Shown here in pieces: positions 1 to 25,785 of a stretch of 64,000 nt of DNA. The stretch is taken from assembly GCA_964035545.1 (NCBI GenBank), contig OZ037766.1, forward strand, positions 8,484,722 through 8,548,721, in the 5' to 3' direction. Position 1 is the first letter of the stretch. Each line of letters starts with the position of its first letter. The notes under the pieces are model-generated. The model saw only the letters and a list, made by a program, of their open reading frames with translations. It did not search any database and was not told the DNA's origin. The stretch is from Bugula neritina. Its lineage: Eukaryota > Animalia > Bryozoa. The translations under genes were made by a program, and so were the position numbers.

Positions 1-164
1 CATTCAGCACACACAGTAAAGTGTAGAATTTGTGTGAATAAATGTGGTTTGTCTGTCTGTTCAATGACCATCAGATGTTCATAATGTTTAATTAAAAAGG
101 CAATTGTCACTGCATAAGTTCAGCTATAGTCGTATGCTAGTATCTTGTCTGTATCTATACTTAC

Positions 165-2056
165 CCTTCTTTTTGTATCTTTATGAAGCATTCTTTCTTC
201 CTCTAAAAACAAGCTCAAATCAGCAACTTGAACTTTAAGTTTTTCTGCCATCTCACAACTATAAAATAAAAATTATTAGTATTATAAAATTGCTCGCAAT
301 TTCATTCTATTAGTCAACACATCAAGTTAGGAATTACAGGAAGCTTTTATATGTTTATGTTCCTTTGTGAAATGTATTCATGTTATTAATAGATAAATTG
401 TAATTGAAAGCGGAATTCTTGAATGTGAAAGAGTTGTGCACTGATGCAGTTCTCATAACCCTGAACAGTAAGTGATTTAATTCAATGCCAATAGTTTTAC
501 ATGTTATAAAAAGGCATCAACTTTTTGATTATGCAGTATGAAAGTAGAAATGTTGCCTAATGTTGTTGGAGAAATAGAATTGGCAAATTTACTTGAAAAT
601 ATGATTGTACAGTTGTTTCAGCTAATAAGAAATTATTATCTAGGATTTTCAGCACATCATTAGAAGCTATTAATTCAACATCTAAAAAAACTAGCAAAAG
701 AAAGGAAATAATTCGACAAGATTTTGGGACAAGCTTGGTCTACTCATATATATAACACAATTATAGTCAACTTGGCAATACAATAATAATGCTATAACAG
801 AGCAGCACAATACTTGTGAAAAAATAGTCAAGGCAGATGAGTGGTGGCAAAAGTTGAAAGTTATTTTTCATACAAAACTGAAGTCAGCGTAGTTTCTATT
901 CAAATGTAATTATAGCTATATGCTTTATGTCTGTCTGTTTAGAGTGCAAGAAGTGGGAAAAAGAGGTGGTGGCTGAACTCTTAAGTCAGAAGTTAGCATT
1001 ATATTAGACACAAAATATATACATAGTAGTTCTCTCTTTTATTATTTCAAATGGTCAGCCAAGGCTGCATCTATTAGCATTATAATGAATTAAATTATAT
1101 ATTTAATTCATTAGTTATAGTTTGTCCTAGAATTAATTTTCAACATTTAGTAGGCCTATTGGGAGACTAATATGTATTAAGCATGCAATAATTACAAATT
1201 ACTTTACTATTTAACCATGCTGAGATTGTTGTGGTCATATAACTTATCACAATTGCTATAATTATAAATTTGATGTGAGCTCAAAGAGATTTAATTTACT
1301 TGTCCATAGTTTATAGAATTAACTCAGCATTGCAATTATTTATCAAGCTTCTTACATTTCAGGTACACACTGATGTCCTGCTGAATTCGAATGTTCCATT
1401 TCAGAGTTTCCTGAAGGTCTGCGACTTGGTTGGTCATCGTGTAAAATCATTTGTATTCGAGATTTACTCCTGTTTAAAGTTGCTGTTTCTGATGTGTATA
1501 TTTCCTGAAGAGCTGAAGGACTCTGTAAAAACAGCACCATGTTGATTCCCCAACAGCATTATAACAACATGAGCAAAATGCAATAAGCAAGAATTGATCA
1601 TTTGTACAATCAGTCATTATTTTTGTAAGAGAAAAATATTTCAAAATCGATAAAATGTTGTTTTTAAATATTTTATTCAAGATTCTGGAGTACTTTTTCT
1701 CTCTAAATATTTATTTATAATTTGAGCAAACTATAACTAAAGTTAGTTTTTTTATTATAAGAACATAACTGTGCGGTTGGTGACTGCTAATTGATGAGTT
1801 CTTGTGGCTGGCACTTGTTTGTTTGGTAAGAATTATCAAATAGAAAAATGACAAGCCCATGGAAGTTGATTAGTCTCTACCAGATTTTGTTTTCTATGTT
1901 AATACATGTTATTTAAATGCATGTTTTTTTTCTATGAGACACACTTTGACCACACTTGAATAGAGAAAGTTTTGTATTGAAATAGAATACCTGAACTGTA
2001 GCCTGTCTCATTGCTATTGGTCTGTTTCTGGATTTGGAATCTCCTAGACTCGCCAT
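165..2056 (-). CDS. 5' part of an unidentified coiled-coil protein gene (continues beyond left edge)
   Basis: Phase-consistent GT-AG exons 2056-1991, 1522-1356, 258-165 give MASLGDSKSRNRPIAMRQATVQ/SPSALQEIYTSE...HQCVPE(I)/CEMAEKLKVQVADLSLFLEEERMLHKDTKRR; in-frame TAA upstream of the ATG; heptad-like last exon. Confidence 0.7.
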
Positions 2057-2133
2057 GCTGCAGATAGTTTATCTCTTAGAACGTCCTTGTGGCTTTCTAC
2101 TAATACAAGCAAAACTGTGACATTTTTTTGTTA

Positions 2134-2175
2134 ACACACACACACACAGCACACACGCACACACACAGCACACAC

Positions 2176-2233
<58 letters not shown>

Positions 2234-2317
2234 ACACACACGCAACACACACGCAACACACACGCAACACACACGCAACACACACGCAACACACACGCAA
2301 CACACGCAACACACACA
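2134..2317. repeat. Compound (CA)n microsatellite grading into an 11-bp GCAACACACAC minisatellite
   Basis: Directly visible; explains the spurious CV/HT ORFs. Confidence 0.97.
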
Positions 2318-5300
2318 GAGCATACATGACTTCTTTAAGCAAAAGTATGCATCGCAGTTTACAATAAGTACTATTGACTAGCACTAGCACTAGAAAAAGC
2401 TTTCTTATAAGCTTATAACTTACTAGTTTAGTTGTGTTTACAACCGGCATGCATTTATGATGTCTGTTGCTGCAGCTGGAGAAAACAAGTCCTCAGTTCC
2501 TTGTTACAAATTTAAAAGCTTCTATCAGAGTTGCACATTTTCGATTGCTGACTCTTTTGACCCATTGAGCTGCAAACAAACCTACAAATAATTTTAATAA
2601 ATTTCAACTAATGAAAAACTACTTGGTAAATGAAGTGGGGTTAAATACTTTTAATTTTCTGAGCAATTACTTTCTAAACAATGACTCATATACACATTTT
2701 AGGCATTCTGAAACCACAACAATTGATCAATTATCAATTTTCGGTTACTAAGTCACAGCCATATTATATTACATAATGAGTTTAAATTATAATTTCATCT
2801 GTGAATATAGTAAAGCACTTCATTTTATTCACAAATAATTCTAGCTAATGATAATTATAGACCTGCATTTCTAGCATAAGTTATTGATTATTCAATTTAA
2901 TAGGTTAGTAATATTTGACCATAACATATCATGATACCAACCATGCTATTGAAATTTAGTAAGAATTGAAACTACAATAAAACAGTTTTTAGTAGTTGGA
3001 ATATCTCCTAAGATCTTTGTATGTTCAATTAAACCCAATTCTTGTGCTTAATATGAGTTAATAGCTTAATTTAACAGGTTTAGTAATCATATAAGCTGCA
3101 CATTATGTTAACATATTATATTGACTGTTAGGAGTGTTATTTATACAAGAGGTTAATCAATAGTAACTTCAATACTTGGATATTCTGTTACTAGCTGTAA
3201 TTAACTTTTTCAACATACTTGTTGTAAACAGTGTTCTTGTTTATATAGGTATTCACAATGGCTGTAAATTACAACAAAGGTTACGAAAGAACAGCTGCTT
3301 GGAGATGGTGAAATGTTGTACCAATTAGATAACTTGTATTAGAGTTGAAACCATTACTTTCATTGAGGCCTTTTTTATTTTATTAACTAAAAAATAGACC
3401 ATGTTAAAATATGGCAGTTTCAGAGAGCATCACGGATAAATTTGCATGCATGTCTGAAGTACACGAGATATAAGATATTAAACTTTTTGTGGTAGATCTG
3501 TGTTTAACCGATTTTTATAACTGATAATTGAGATTAAAGGCAGCTACAACACTGTAAGGTGTACACACTGACTGCATTGTATTTCACATCTTTGTAAAAC
3601 AAATTTTTAGAATAAAAATGTAATCTAAAAGTTTTGAAGCATCAAGGCAGGCTCATAAATGTTATTCTTTGCTCTCGTAAAACTTTCAACTGGTACAATT
3701 ATTTTAAGCTGCGCATTATATTTAAAATTAAGACGCAGTGGTTACATTTTCTGCTGAATTTCAAGAAAACTAGCTCTCTCAAAATCACTTTTTATATATT
3801 ACTTGTACTTTGCACATCATTGCACACAATAATGCATACAAAAAGCCTATACTTGCAATAGTTTATAGAATTTCAGCAGCTATAGTTTAGCTGTATTAAG
3901 CTAAAAGTGTTTATAAATAACCTTGTTTCACATGTAAGGAATATTGAAACATAATAATTATACTTTAAAAGCATCTGCTGAAAATAAAAATTGCACTTTT
4001 TATGCGTTTTACTAGTTATACACATCTTACAATTTAAAGGAAATGAGTAGCTTGATGGCCTTGCATGCACAGCATCAGTCATAATATTATTAAAAGTTTT
4101 AGGAACATAACTTAAAATTTTGTAAGATCATATTTAAAATATACAGCTCTATATTTATTAATTTGTCATCGATTCTATATCACCCAAAGTATTTTCATAT
4201 ATTTTATATTCTAAGTGTTACTTTTAGCTGCATATTATGGTAGAGTTTGAACTGTTGTTGTACCAACCCACGTAGCAGTGTTGAGTGACCCACCACATTA
4301 CCAAAGCAATCAGCTTTTGGTACTGCAAGGGTTTAAAGCCAGCTGATAGTACGTCATTATCATATAATGTTATAGTTCTTATTAGATGAGTTTATAAAGT
4401 GTTCTTAATGACATACTTACTTAAAGTACAAGTAGATAATGCAGTAACTCTATATACAGTTACTAAAGAAGTAAGTATACGTGCCAACATTCAGCAATAA
4501 ACAACAATAAAGAAAATACTTTACCTTCAGATATTGTCCCTATAAAGCCACACTCCTATGGGCATGCAAGTTGCGGACTATTCTATATCAGATTATTTAC
4601 AAATTATAGTGGCAGTGTTGATTCCCTGAGTTGCTAAGTGGTTATCATGGGTTAAACAAACAATTAATTAAGTTAAATACCTTCAAGTACAAAACAGTTC
4701 TAAATCTTTACCGAAACCAAATATTACATTAAGTAGTCTTATTCAACTAAATAATGTTTAATGCATGAAAAGTTACTAAATACTATTGACTATCGATAGC
4801 TAAACAAATATTCCAGTATTGAATTTTCAAGTGGTACATGTTCATACTATGCATGTCTAAAACTGTTTGAAAATCAGTTGTTATGTATTTAAGATGCAAT
4901 GATAAACACAGGTAATTGTATTGCAGTAGACTACAACTAGCCTTTTAGTAAACATCAATATAAGAACTCATTACAATAGCAAAGTAATAAAAAAGAAATA
5001 CATATAATTTGACCACCAGATGAGGAACTGGCGGAGAAAGGTGAAAAGAAATATATGATTTGTCCAGATACACAGGCTTAAAAAGCTATAGGAAAGTGAA
5101 AAATTAATAGTCACACATGAATAAAAAATAGTTCTAACAAATTAAAAAACAAATCAATCGGGCACGAGAAGTAGCAAATAAGTTGCATTTGAACTTTACA
5201 ACTAGTTGATATATTGAGATGAAAAACTTAGGAAAATTCTGGACGAAAAAGAAATGTTGATAACTTAACTCATAGATATTATAATAAAAGGATGTGTATA

Positions 5301-5568
5301 ACATAATGCATAGTTGGTAACTGGGAACAGGAATGCAGCAAAGAGAGAGAAAGAGAGACATTACATATATACGCTGCTGGACTACTATAGCACTCATAGA
5401 ACATAGACATAGTCATACCTGCTACAATGCTGCATAGCATATGATACAGTTACTATTTTCATGATTAGTTGATTCTTTTGCAAAGTTTCAGTTGCATATA
5501 AAAGTGTAACTAAGAACCCTTGTATAGTCAGAAACTGTAGTAAACCGATAGTGATTGTGATTGGACAG

Positions 5569-18723
<13,155 letters not shown>

Positions 18724-20779
18724 TTTGATATTCTTTGATTTGTCCAGCAACACTAAAGTCTGATCTGTGAAATAATGAACAGACAAACTAACTAAAATGT
18801 AAAAAAATAAAACAACTAAACTAATTCTATTAATGCCCACCAATTTCTGTCCACATAATATAGCATAGCATTTTATAATATGAGTATGCATAGCGAATAT
18901 CCATGTATAATGAGTAACATACAAACACGACTTTCAAGCAAAATTTCAAAGAAGCTGATCAATGTGCCGTGACAAAAAGGCTATATATGTTTTTAAAATA
19001 AGTTTTGTCAGAGCTAATCTAAATTATTTATTAGTTATCTAGGCACAACCCAAAATAAAACCAAGATTAAAACAAATATTATTCTTGTAAGGTTATTTAA
19101 CAATCAATTATTATGAAATAACTTTTCTACTACAATGCATAATACTTGATTTCTCCAATTTACCTTTGAGTCTAGAATCTTCTGGTACTGCAATAAAAAC
19201 AAAAAGCAATTACCATAAGCAGAATGCAGATTTGTGATTGTGTTGAAAATCAACACAATGTAGATTTAAAGTACATCACATAAGCGTAGTAATTTCCTGA
19301 AACAAATATCACTTAAACTGAGCAACTGAGAGAAATAGCATAAACAGTTACATTCCATTAATAAAGCAAGTTTAGCTTTTTGACAGTAGATTAAAACCAG
19401 CAGAGATTTTAATATATTATATTCATTGAAAATAATAAAATCTTTAAAAATCAAATAAACTCCACATACTTAATATAGTTTGAAAGTATCATATAAACCT
19501 ATTTAATAGATTATAATGGACGAACAACACACAAAGCAAACTTCAGCTTCTTTAAAAAGTTGAAATCAACCCAACCTTCTCATGTTGAAAGTTGCTAATA
19601 TTTTCGTTATGAATATAATTATGTAGCTTGATTCTATATATGTACTGTTATGCTGACCGAGTTTTCATTTCACATATTTGATTTCATCCAAAATAAAAGA
19701 ATCAAACCACCCTAAAACAACAGAACACCTACAAATATTGCTCTTGAAGAAACTCGCTATGTATAAGTCTCAAAACAGATCATGTATATTCATAGAAATT
19801 AGATTATAATATACTGCTGTTACAGGTTCTGTCCAATATAACTAATATGTACAAAGAGCTGTTCAGAGTGAATTGGGATTCCGATTAGGATACCCAAATG
19901 CCAATCAGACGCCCGAATTCTGATTAAAGTCGGACCTTCGATTCGGAGAGATTTGTATATACAAGTGTGAGCTTGCTACTCTAAAGTCTATTCAAGACTA
20001 GAGCTCTACTGAATCAATTCTACTTTTGATCACCAAGACTACTTGTATGATACAACGCCTGGGGTTTTTGCAGCAGGCAGTTCAGTAAGAACAAAGAAGT
20101 TTATGTTCACATCAGCTTGGTTCCATTGACAACCCACTAAATTATCACAGTATTACTATTACTATAAAGTATAACTGTATTTATGACTATAATCTTATTA
20201 ATATACAATATATAACAATGTCAAACCTTAAATTTAGTTTACATTTTCATATTCATGATCATGTTGAACTTGATATTGATAAAAAATAGATTAATATTCA
20301 CAAAATTATCAAATCAGTAGAAATGAAGTATATCTATATTTTATTACTAAGTGAAAGTCTAATCTGATGGTATAAGCTATAGTTAGTGTTACCTTTGCTT
20401 TTACTTTTAGTCATGCATTGAGTTTAAAATACAGATGTTTTCACTTTGCTTTTTAGGTTTTGCATGCTTGAATATACATATTAATAATAACACTAGCAGT
20501 AACACTAACACTAATAATAATACCAAACCATTATGATTATTATCATGGTTAAATCATTAAAAATAAAGTAATTATTTGATTAATTTAAATTAAAATTATT
20601 ATAACACTAACAGTTATTTGAGCAGAAAATTAATTACTAAAATCATAAATAATAATTTGTCATTAAATTAATCAACGAATTTAAAAATAACTATTACTAA
20701 AGTTTCGATTTACCGTTTACGTTAACTCACCTCGTAAAAATTAGAACACTCTGCTAACACCTACAGGCGCAAAATTATG

Positions 20780-23200
20780 AGTGCCTCTTATGTTGTTTTT
20801 GTTTGGGTTTACCATGTGTTGAAATGTATCTGTTCTAGCATGTAGCTAAGTTTGGATATTTTAATTGTAATGTAAAGGGGTTTTAGCACATAGCTAAGCT
20901 GAGTTTGTGTTATGAGGTGGTATCCTCAAATCTCTGATGCTTCGAGGGAGAAAACTGTTGTGAAAGGTCTGTGAGGATGCAGAAATTGATGTTGGTTCTC
21001 CTCTCTTAGCAGATCGAGTGTTTATTGACCGATTTGAATTTAATAGTTCATCATAAGCAGATGAAAGCGTTTCATGGCGCTCTTCATCTGAGAGTATTCT
21101 CATTAACAAAGTTATTCTATGGTCTCTTCGTCGGCTCGCAAGAGTTTTAAGCTGCAATTCAGTTCGAGCGTCACTGATGCCACATCTTCCTTTGAGGTTA
21201 GCGATAAACCTGATGGCTTGATTTTGAACATGTTCAATTTCCTCACAGGCACTTTTGTTAGTCGGATCCCACAACGTGTCTGCATACTCAAGGATAGGTC
21301 TACATAGACTAAGGTATGCAATTAATTTTGCCTTCATGGGTGCATTGTAGATTGTATGCTTGATACAGCCAAGTATTTTGCTTGCATTGTTGACTTTAGA
21401 TGTAATATGTCTGTCAAACTTTAGGTTAGACTGCATGATTACTCCAAGATATTTGGCCTCTTTAACGGTTCTAAGAGTGGTGGCGATCACCAAGTGAATA
21501 TAGATGTGAGGTGTCATCATTTTTACCAAATATAATCACTTCGCACTTATCGGTATTAAACGGCATTTTCCATTTAAGTGACCAGTTATAAAGTGAGTTT
21601 AGGTCTCTCTGAAAAGCTTCCTGTTGTATTTTGTTGTTAACTTCAGCATATAGAAGTGTGTCTTCAGCATATAGACTAACTTTGCATGAGACAGATTGAG
21701 GGAGATCATTGATGTAAATTAGGAAGAGTGTTGGTCCAAGAACTGATCCTTGGGGGACTCCAGATGTTACACTTAGTTCAGATGATTCTGTCCCTTTGAT
21801 CACCACTTTTTGACTTCTGTCAGTCAAAAAGCTCTGTATCCAATTGGCAATAAATGGGTCAATTCCTTTAATTCGCCTGATTTTCTCTATGAGCAGTAAA
21901 TGAGGAACTTTATCGAAGGCCTTTTTAAAATCTAGAATTACTGCGTGAGTAGTTGATGAGTTGTCGGCGGCTCTTGCAAGATCATGAAAAGTTGCACACA
22001 ATTGAGTGTCACATGAAAGGCCACGTCTAAATCCATGTTGTCTATTAACCAAAATTGAATCTAGTGTTTTATTTAGATAGTGTAATATAATATGTTCTAG
22101 CATTTTGCAGGGGATACTTGTCAATGAAATAGGTCGATAATTGCATGGCTTCTCTTTTTCACCTTTCTTATATATAGGAGTGATGTTGGCAGTCTTCCAT
22201 GCACCTGGGAGCACACCTTGTTTTAATGAGGCAGCGAAGATATGCTGAAGACACTCTGCATTGATATTGGGGTTTATTAGTAATTGGCATTTGCGGATCT
22301 GGTCTGGGCCGGGAGATTTATTATTTTTAAGGTCAGCAATAAGTTTTTCAACACCATCTAATGTGATGGGAAATGGTTCCGTTTGAGTTGAAAGAAGTGG
22401 GAGTTTTGATATACTTTCTTGGTGGCAGAACTGTGAGTGAAAGTATTTATTTAGTTCGTTGGTGATTATCTTACTGTCAGTGGTTGGAAGGCCATCCATA
22501 AGTGTCATAGTCTCTAAAGGATGCTGTTGATTTTGCTTGTACCTAAGATGTTTGTAAAAAGGTTTGCTGTTCCCCTTTTCCAAGGGCTTACAAATTTTAT
22601 ATAGCAAATAATTTTTTTTGAGCTTTTTGAGTTCTTTCTTGTTGTTCTGGCGGTGCTGCTTATATTTATTTAAGTAGTATGGATCTCCAGTTTGTTTGTA
22701 CTTTCTGTGTGTATTGTGTTGCTTGTCTATCATTTTTTTAATATGTTTGTTAAACCAAGGTGGTTGATCTTCATTTCTGACTTGTATAGTTTCGAGTGGA
22801 ACAGAATCAAGTATGGCTTCATCAAGTGATCTTTTGTAAATATCCCACATTTTATGAACGTCACTTAGGTTTTTAATTTGATGAAGAGCATTAGTCATTT
22901 TTTCAGTAAAGACTTGAACGTTTGCCTTCTGATAGACAAAGATTTCCTTGGTATTTTTACAATTGTGTTGTTGGTGCATCATTGTTTCTACTTTAAGCTT
23001 CAGGGTTATAATATAGTGGTCGCTTAGGCCAGGGATTACCACATCTGGGGGATCTGTTGTAAGGGTGTTAGAGAGGCATATCAGATCAAGAGTGTTTCCG
23101 TGAATGTGTGTAGGTTCTGTAACCATCTGGTATAAGTTATGTTCGTAAAGCATATTGAGAAATTGTAGATGGATAGCTTTGTAGGATGAATTGGGTTTAA
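20780..23200 (-). mobile_element. 5'-truncated non-LTR retrotransposon (CR1/L2-group LINE): end of AP endonuclease plus RT, one frameshift
   Basis: EPTHIHGNTLDL, PGLSDH, KSPGPDQI, NYRPISLTS, QHGFRRG, LDFKKAFDKVPH, GVPQGSVLGPTLFLIYINDL, YAEDT, KYLGV; ORFs 23339-21471 and 21529-20894. Ends approximate. Confidence 0.93.
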
Positions 23201-23229
23201 TACTAATAGTTTTAATAGTTATATGAATA

Positions 23230-23410
23230 TATCCCTCTATCAGTATTACTACTGCTACTACAGTACTACTAGTAGTACCACGTCTACTGCCTACTGGTAC
23301 TAGTATTACTATTACTATCAGTATGAGTATCACTATCACTATGACTATCAGTATCAGTATGACTGTATGAGTATTACTATTAGTATTACAGTATTAGTAT
23401 TACAATTCGA
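23230..23410. repeat. Degenerate ACT/AGT trimer and AGTATG/ACTATC hexamer tract
   Basis: Directly visible low-complexity tract left of the CpG-rich 23420-24070 segment. Confidence 0.85.
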
Positions 23411-23419
23411 CTTTAGTAC

Positions 23420-24100
23420 GTGGAACGCAGCCGTTAACGTTCAACTCAAAAGATGAAAAGGCATAATATGCCTATGGTATATGCATCACTCTCCGTTTCC
23501 TCATATTTCCAATTAAAGAAATCATCCTATAAAAAAAACCCACAGAAATCCAAATAGGATAAAATATAGCATATCTCAAAAATAACATGACCATCTCGAC
23601 TTTTAGAAATTCGCTAGAAGCAACGCAAAGTTGGGAACTACTGAGTGCATTGTTTGTACGGATGCGGTTGTCCAACTTCTAATTTTAAACCCGATACTTC
23701 AAACTACTGTATCTAGTGACTACCAACTTTGGGCTGCATCAAGCGATTTCTCAATGACCAGTCCAATCGACAATTCGCATTTCATAACCAAATATCCACA
23801 AATGATACTCGTTATTTATCGCAGCCACATCGCATACAACCTAAACGGTGCTTGTTTGATTTTCAAAGCAATCAAACGCGATTGAATAGTTCTATAAGCA
23901 GCTTCGATTTGGTGATAAATGAGTGCAATAGCTTAAAGTTTTTGAGTTTAGAATGAAGGTTTATGAAAACCCCCTACTCTAAACTCAGGAACCCCAAACT
24001 ATTGCTATCATTCACTACCGACTTGGAGCTGCTTATGGAGCCAATCAAAATGGTTACTTAAAGACACGTTGATAAATAAAAAACGTATTATCAATATTAT
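23420..24100. promoter_or_regulatory. CpG-enriched probable promoter region upstream of HSPA13
   Basis: Many CG dinucleotides versus depleted flanks, CCAAT at about 23763 and 24041, about 1.1 kb upstream of the HSPA13 ATG. Confidence 0.5.
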
Positions 24101-24129
24101 CATGTTGAACTTAATGTTTCAGTTACAGT

Positions 24130-24720
24130 GGGATTATTATTTTATTACTATGATTATTACGATTGCGATAATTCACAAAAATAATTAGTATTACAATGAA
24201 TGAAAGATAAAAACAATTACCATTGTGATTGTGAATTATTATTATTCATTAATCATTTATTCATATTGATATTCATATTCATATTGATATTGTGTTGCTG
24301 TAACTCACTAACTGTAAGTCAAAGTGAAAGTGTAAGACCAAGAGTAAGACTAAACTAAGTCAACCTCAAAGTCAAATTGTAACTGTTCAACTTCAAAGTT
24401 CATATTGAATTTGATATTCATTAGGACATTATTCTATTCATATTATTAATATTGATATTTCATTAAATTTAATTATATAACTATAAGTATAACATTAACA
24501 TAAGCATGAAATAAAATAATAAATTACTAATAGTACTACCGTCTACCACTAGTACTACTACACTACACTACCACTACAGCTACTAGTACTAGTAGTAGCA
24601 CTACTACTGCTAGTACTACCTCTACTATTAGTATTACTACTACTAGTACTGTTACTACTACTTCTACTACTATTACTAGTACTACTGCCACCACTACAGT
24701 ACTACTAGTGATTTTATGAT
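24130..24720. repeat. Degenerate ATT/ATATTC/ACT repeat tract
   Basis: Directly visible, strongest (ACT)n-like part 24520-24710. Confidence 0.85.
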
Positions 24721-25147
24721 TTATGTGAAAGTGATTTTGAATTTATTTACTAGATCACTGTTTCTTAATTATGTTCTTCCGTGGTAATAGATGTTTTTCA
24801 CTTTTCTGGTGTAGTGCGTAGGCTATTAGTAAAACCAAGTAAATCTTGAAAGATTTTGACAAATTTGATTATGTGACTGATAACTTTTAACTTGTTTCTT
24901 TTTACTATGTGATTGTATGTGTTTCTTGCAGCATTTTCAAAGTTTTAGATGAGTTGCAGAATTATTAAAGTATCTTGATGGAGAACATATTAATAACTTT
25001 TTCAACAACTACAGATTTGACCAAAAGTTATCTGTAATACTGTTTCTAGACATTATGTTTATCTTTTGCTGCTAGATTGAACACTTTTTGTTGTTCATAG
25101 AAATTATATACTTTATATTTCAGTTCCCTTGAAGTAGAATATTCCAT

Positions 25148-25726
25148 ATGGGTTCAACTGCATTCACTCTCTTCGGTATGATCTATGTTTTTATCAACTA
25201 TAACATACAACTTTAATCGAAAGTCATTATATTAAACTATGCTTGTGACATTTTAAAATGTTATCCTTGGCAATATGCTTTTAGTTGCATTGAATTCGAT
25301 AATTTGAATTTTGCTCTTTAAGTTAGTGTAAATATTAGTGGCAGACAGTTGGTGACTATCATACAGGTGATCATTTTACATGTACCCAACTGGCATTCAG
25401 CCACTCCTTACAGGAGACTGAGGTAGTTTTTTCAACAAGCTGATGAAATTGATTACATTTGGCCTTCTGAATTGTTCAGCCTACTTCAAACAGTTAGCAG
25501 CTAAACTAAATGCACGCTGCATCTGTTAAAATTATTTGTAGCCATCAATTTTTGAAAAATGTATATTCATTTAAAAAAATAAAATAAAATGTGTTCAATA
25601 CTGTCATGTTAAAATAGTTATATAAAATATGTCCTTTTAGCACTTCATTACTTATTTAATCACAAATTTAGTTTATCAAAATGTTGAACTGGCCAAGTAA
25701 TATATTTAGTTTTTAGTGCTGATATA

Positions 25727-25785
<59 letters not shown>

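Noticed and set aside
2069-2450. Cys/Val- and His/Thr-rich ORFs
   Set aside because: Translations of the (CA)n repeat.
2450-4580. Possible upstream exons (acceptor near 2582, donor near 4524, minus strand)
   Set aside because: Frames close quickly and an in-frame stop precedes ATG 2056; they may be UTR exons but cannot be supported.
23200-23339. Hydrophobic leader fused to LINE ORF2 (domestication)
   Set aside because: The leader is the translated repeat tract with a non-ATG start, and the RT has YAED plus a frameshift.
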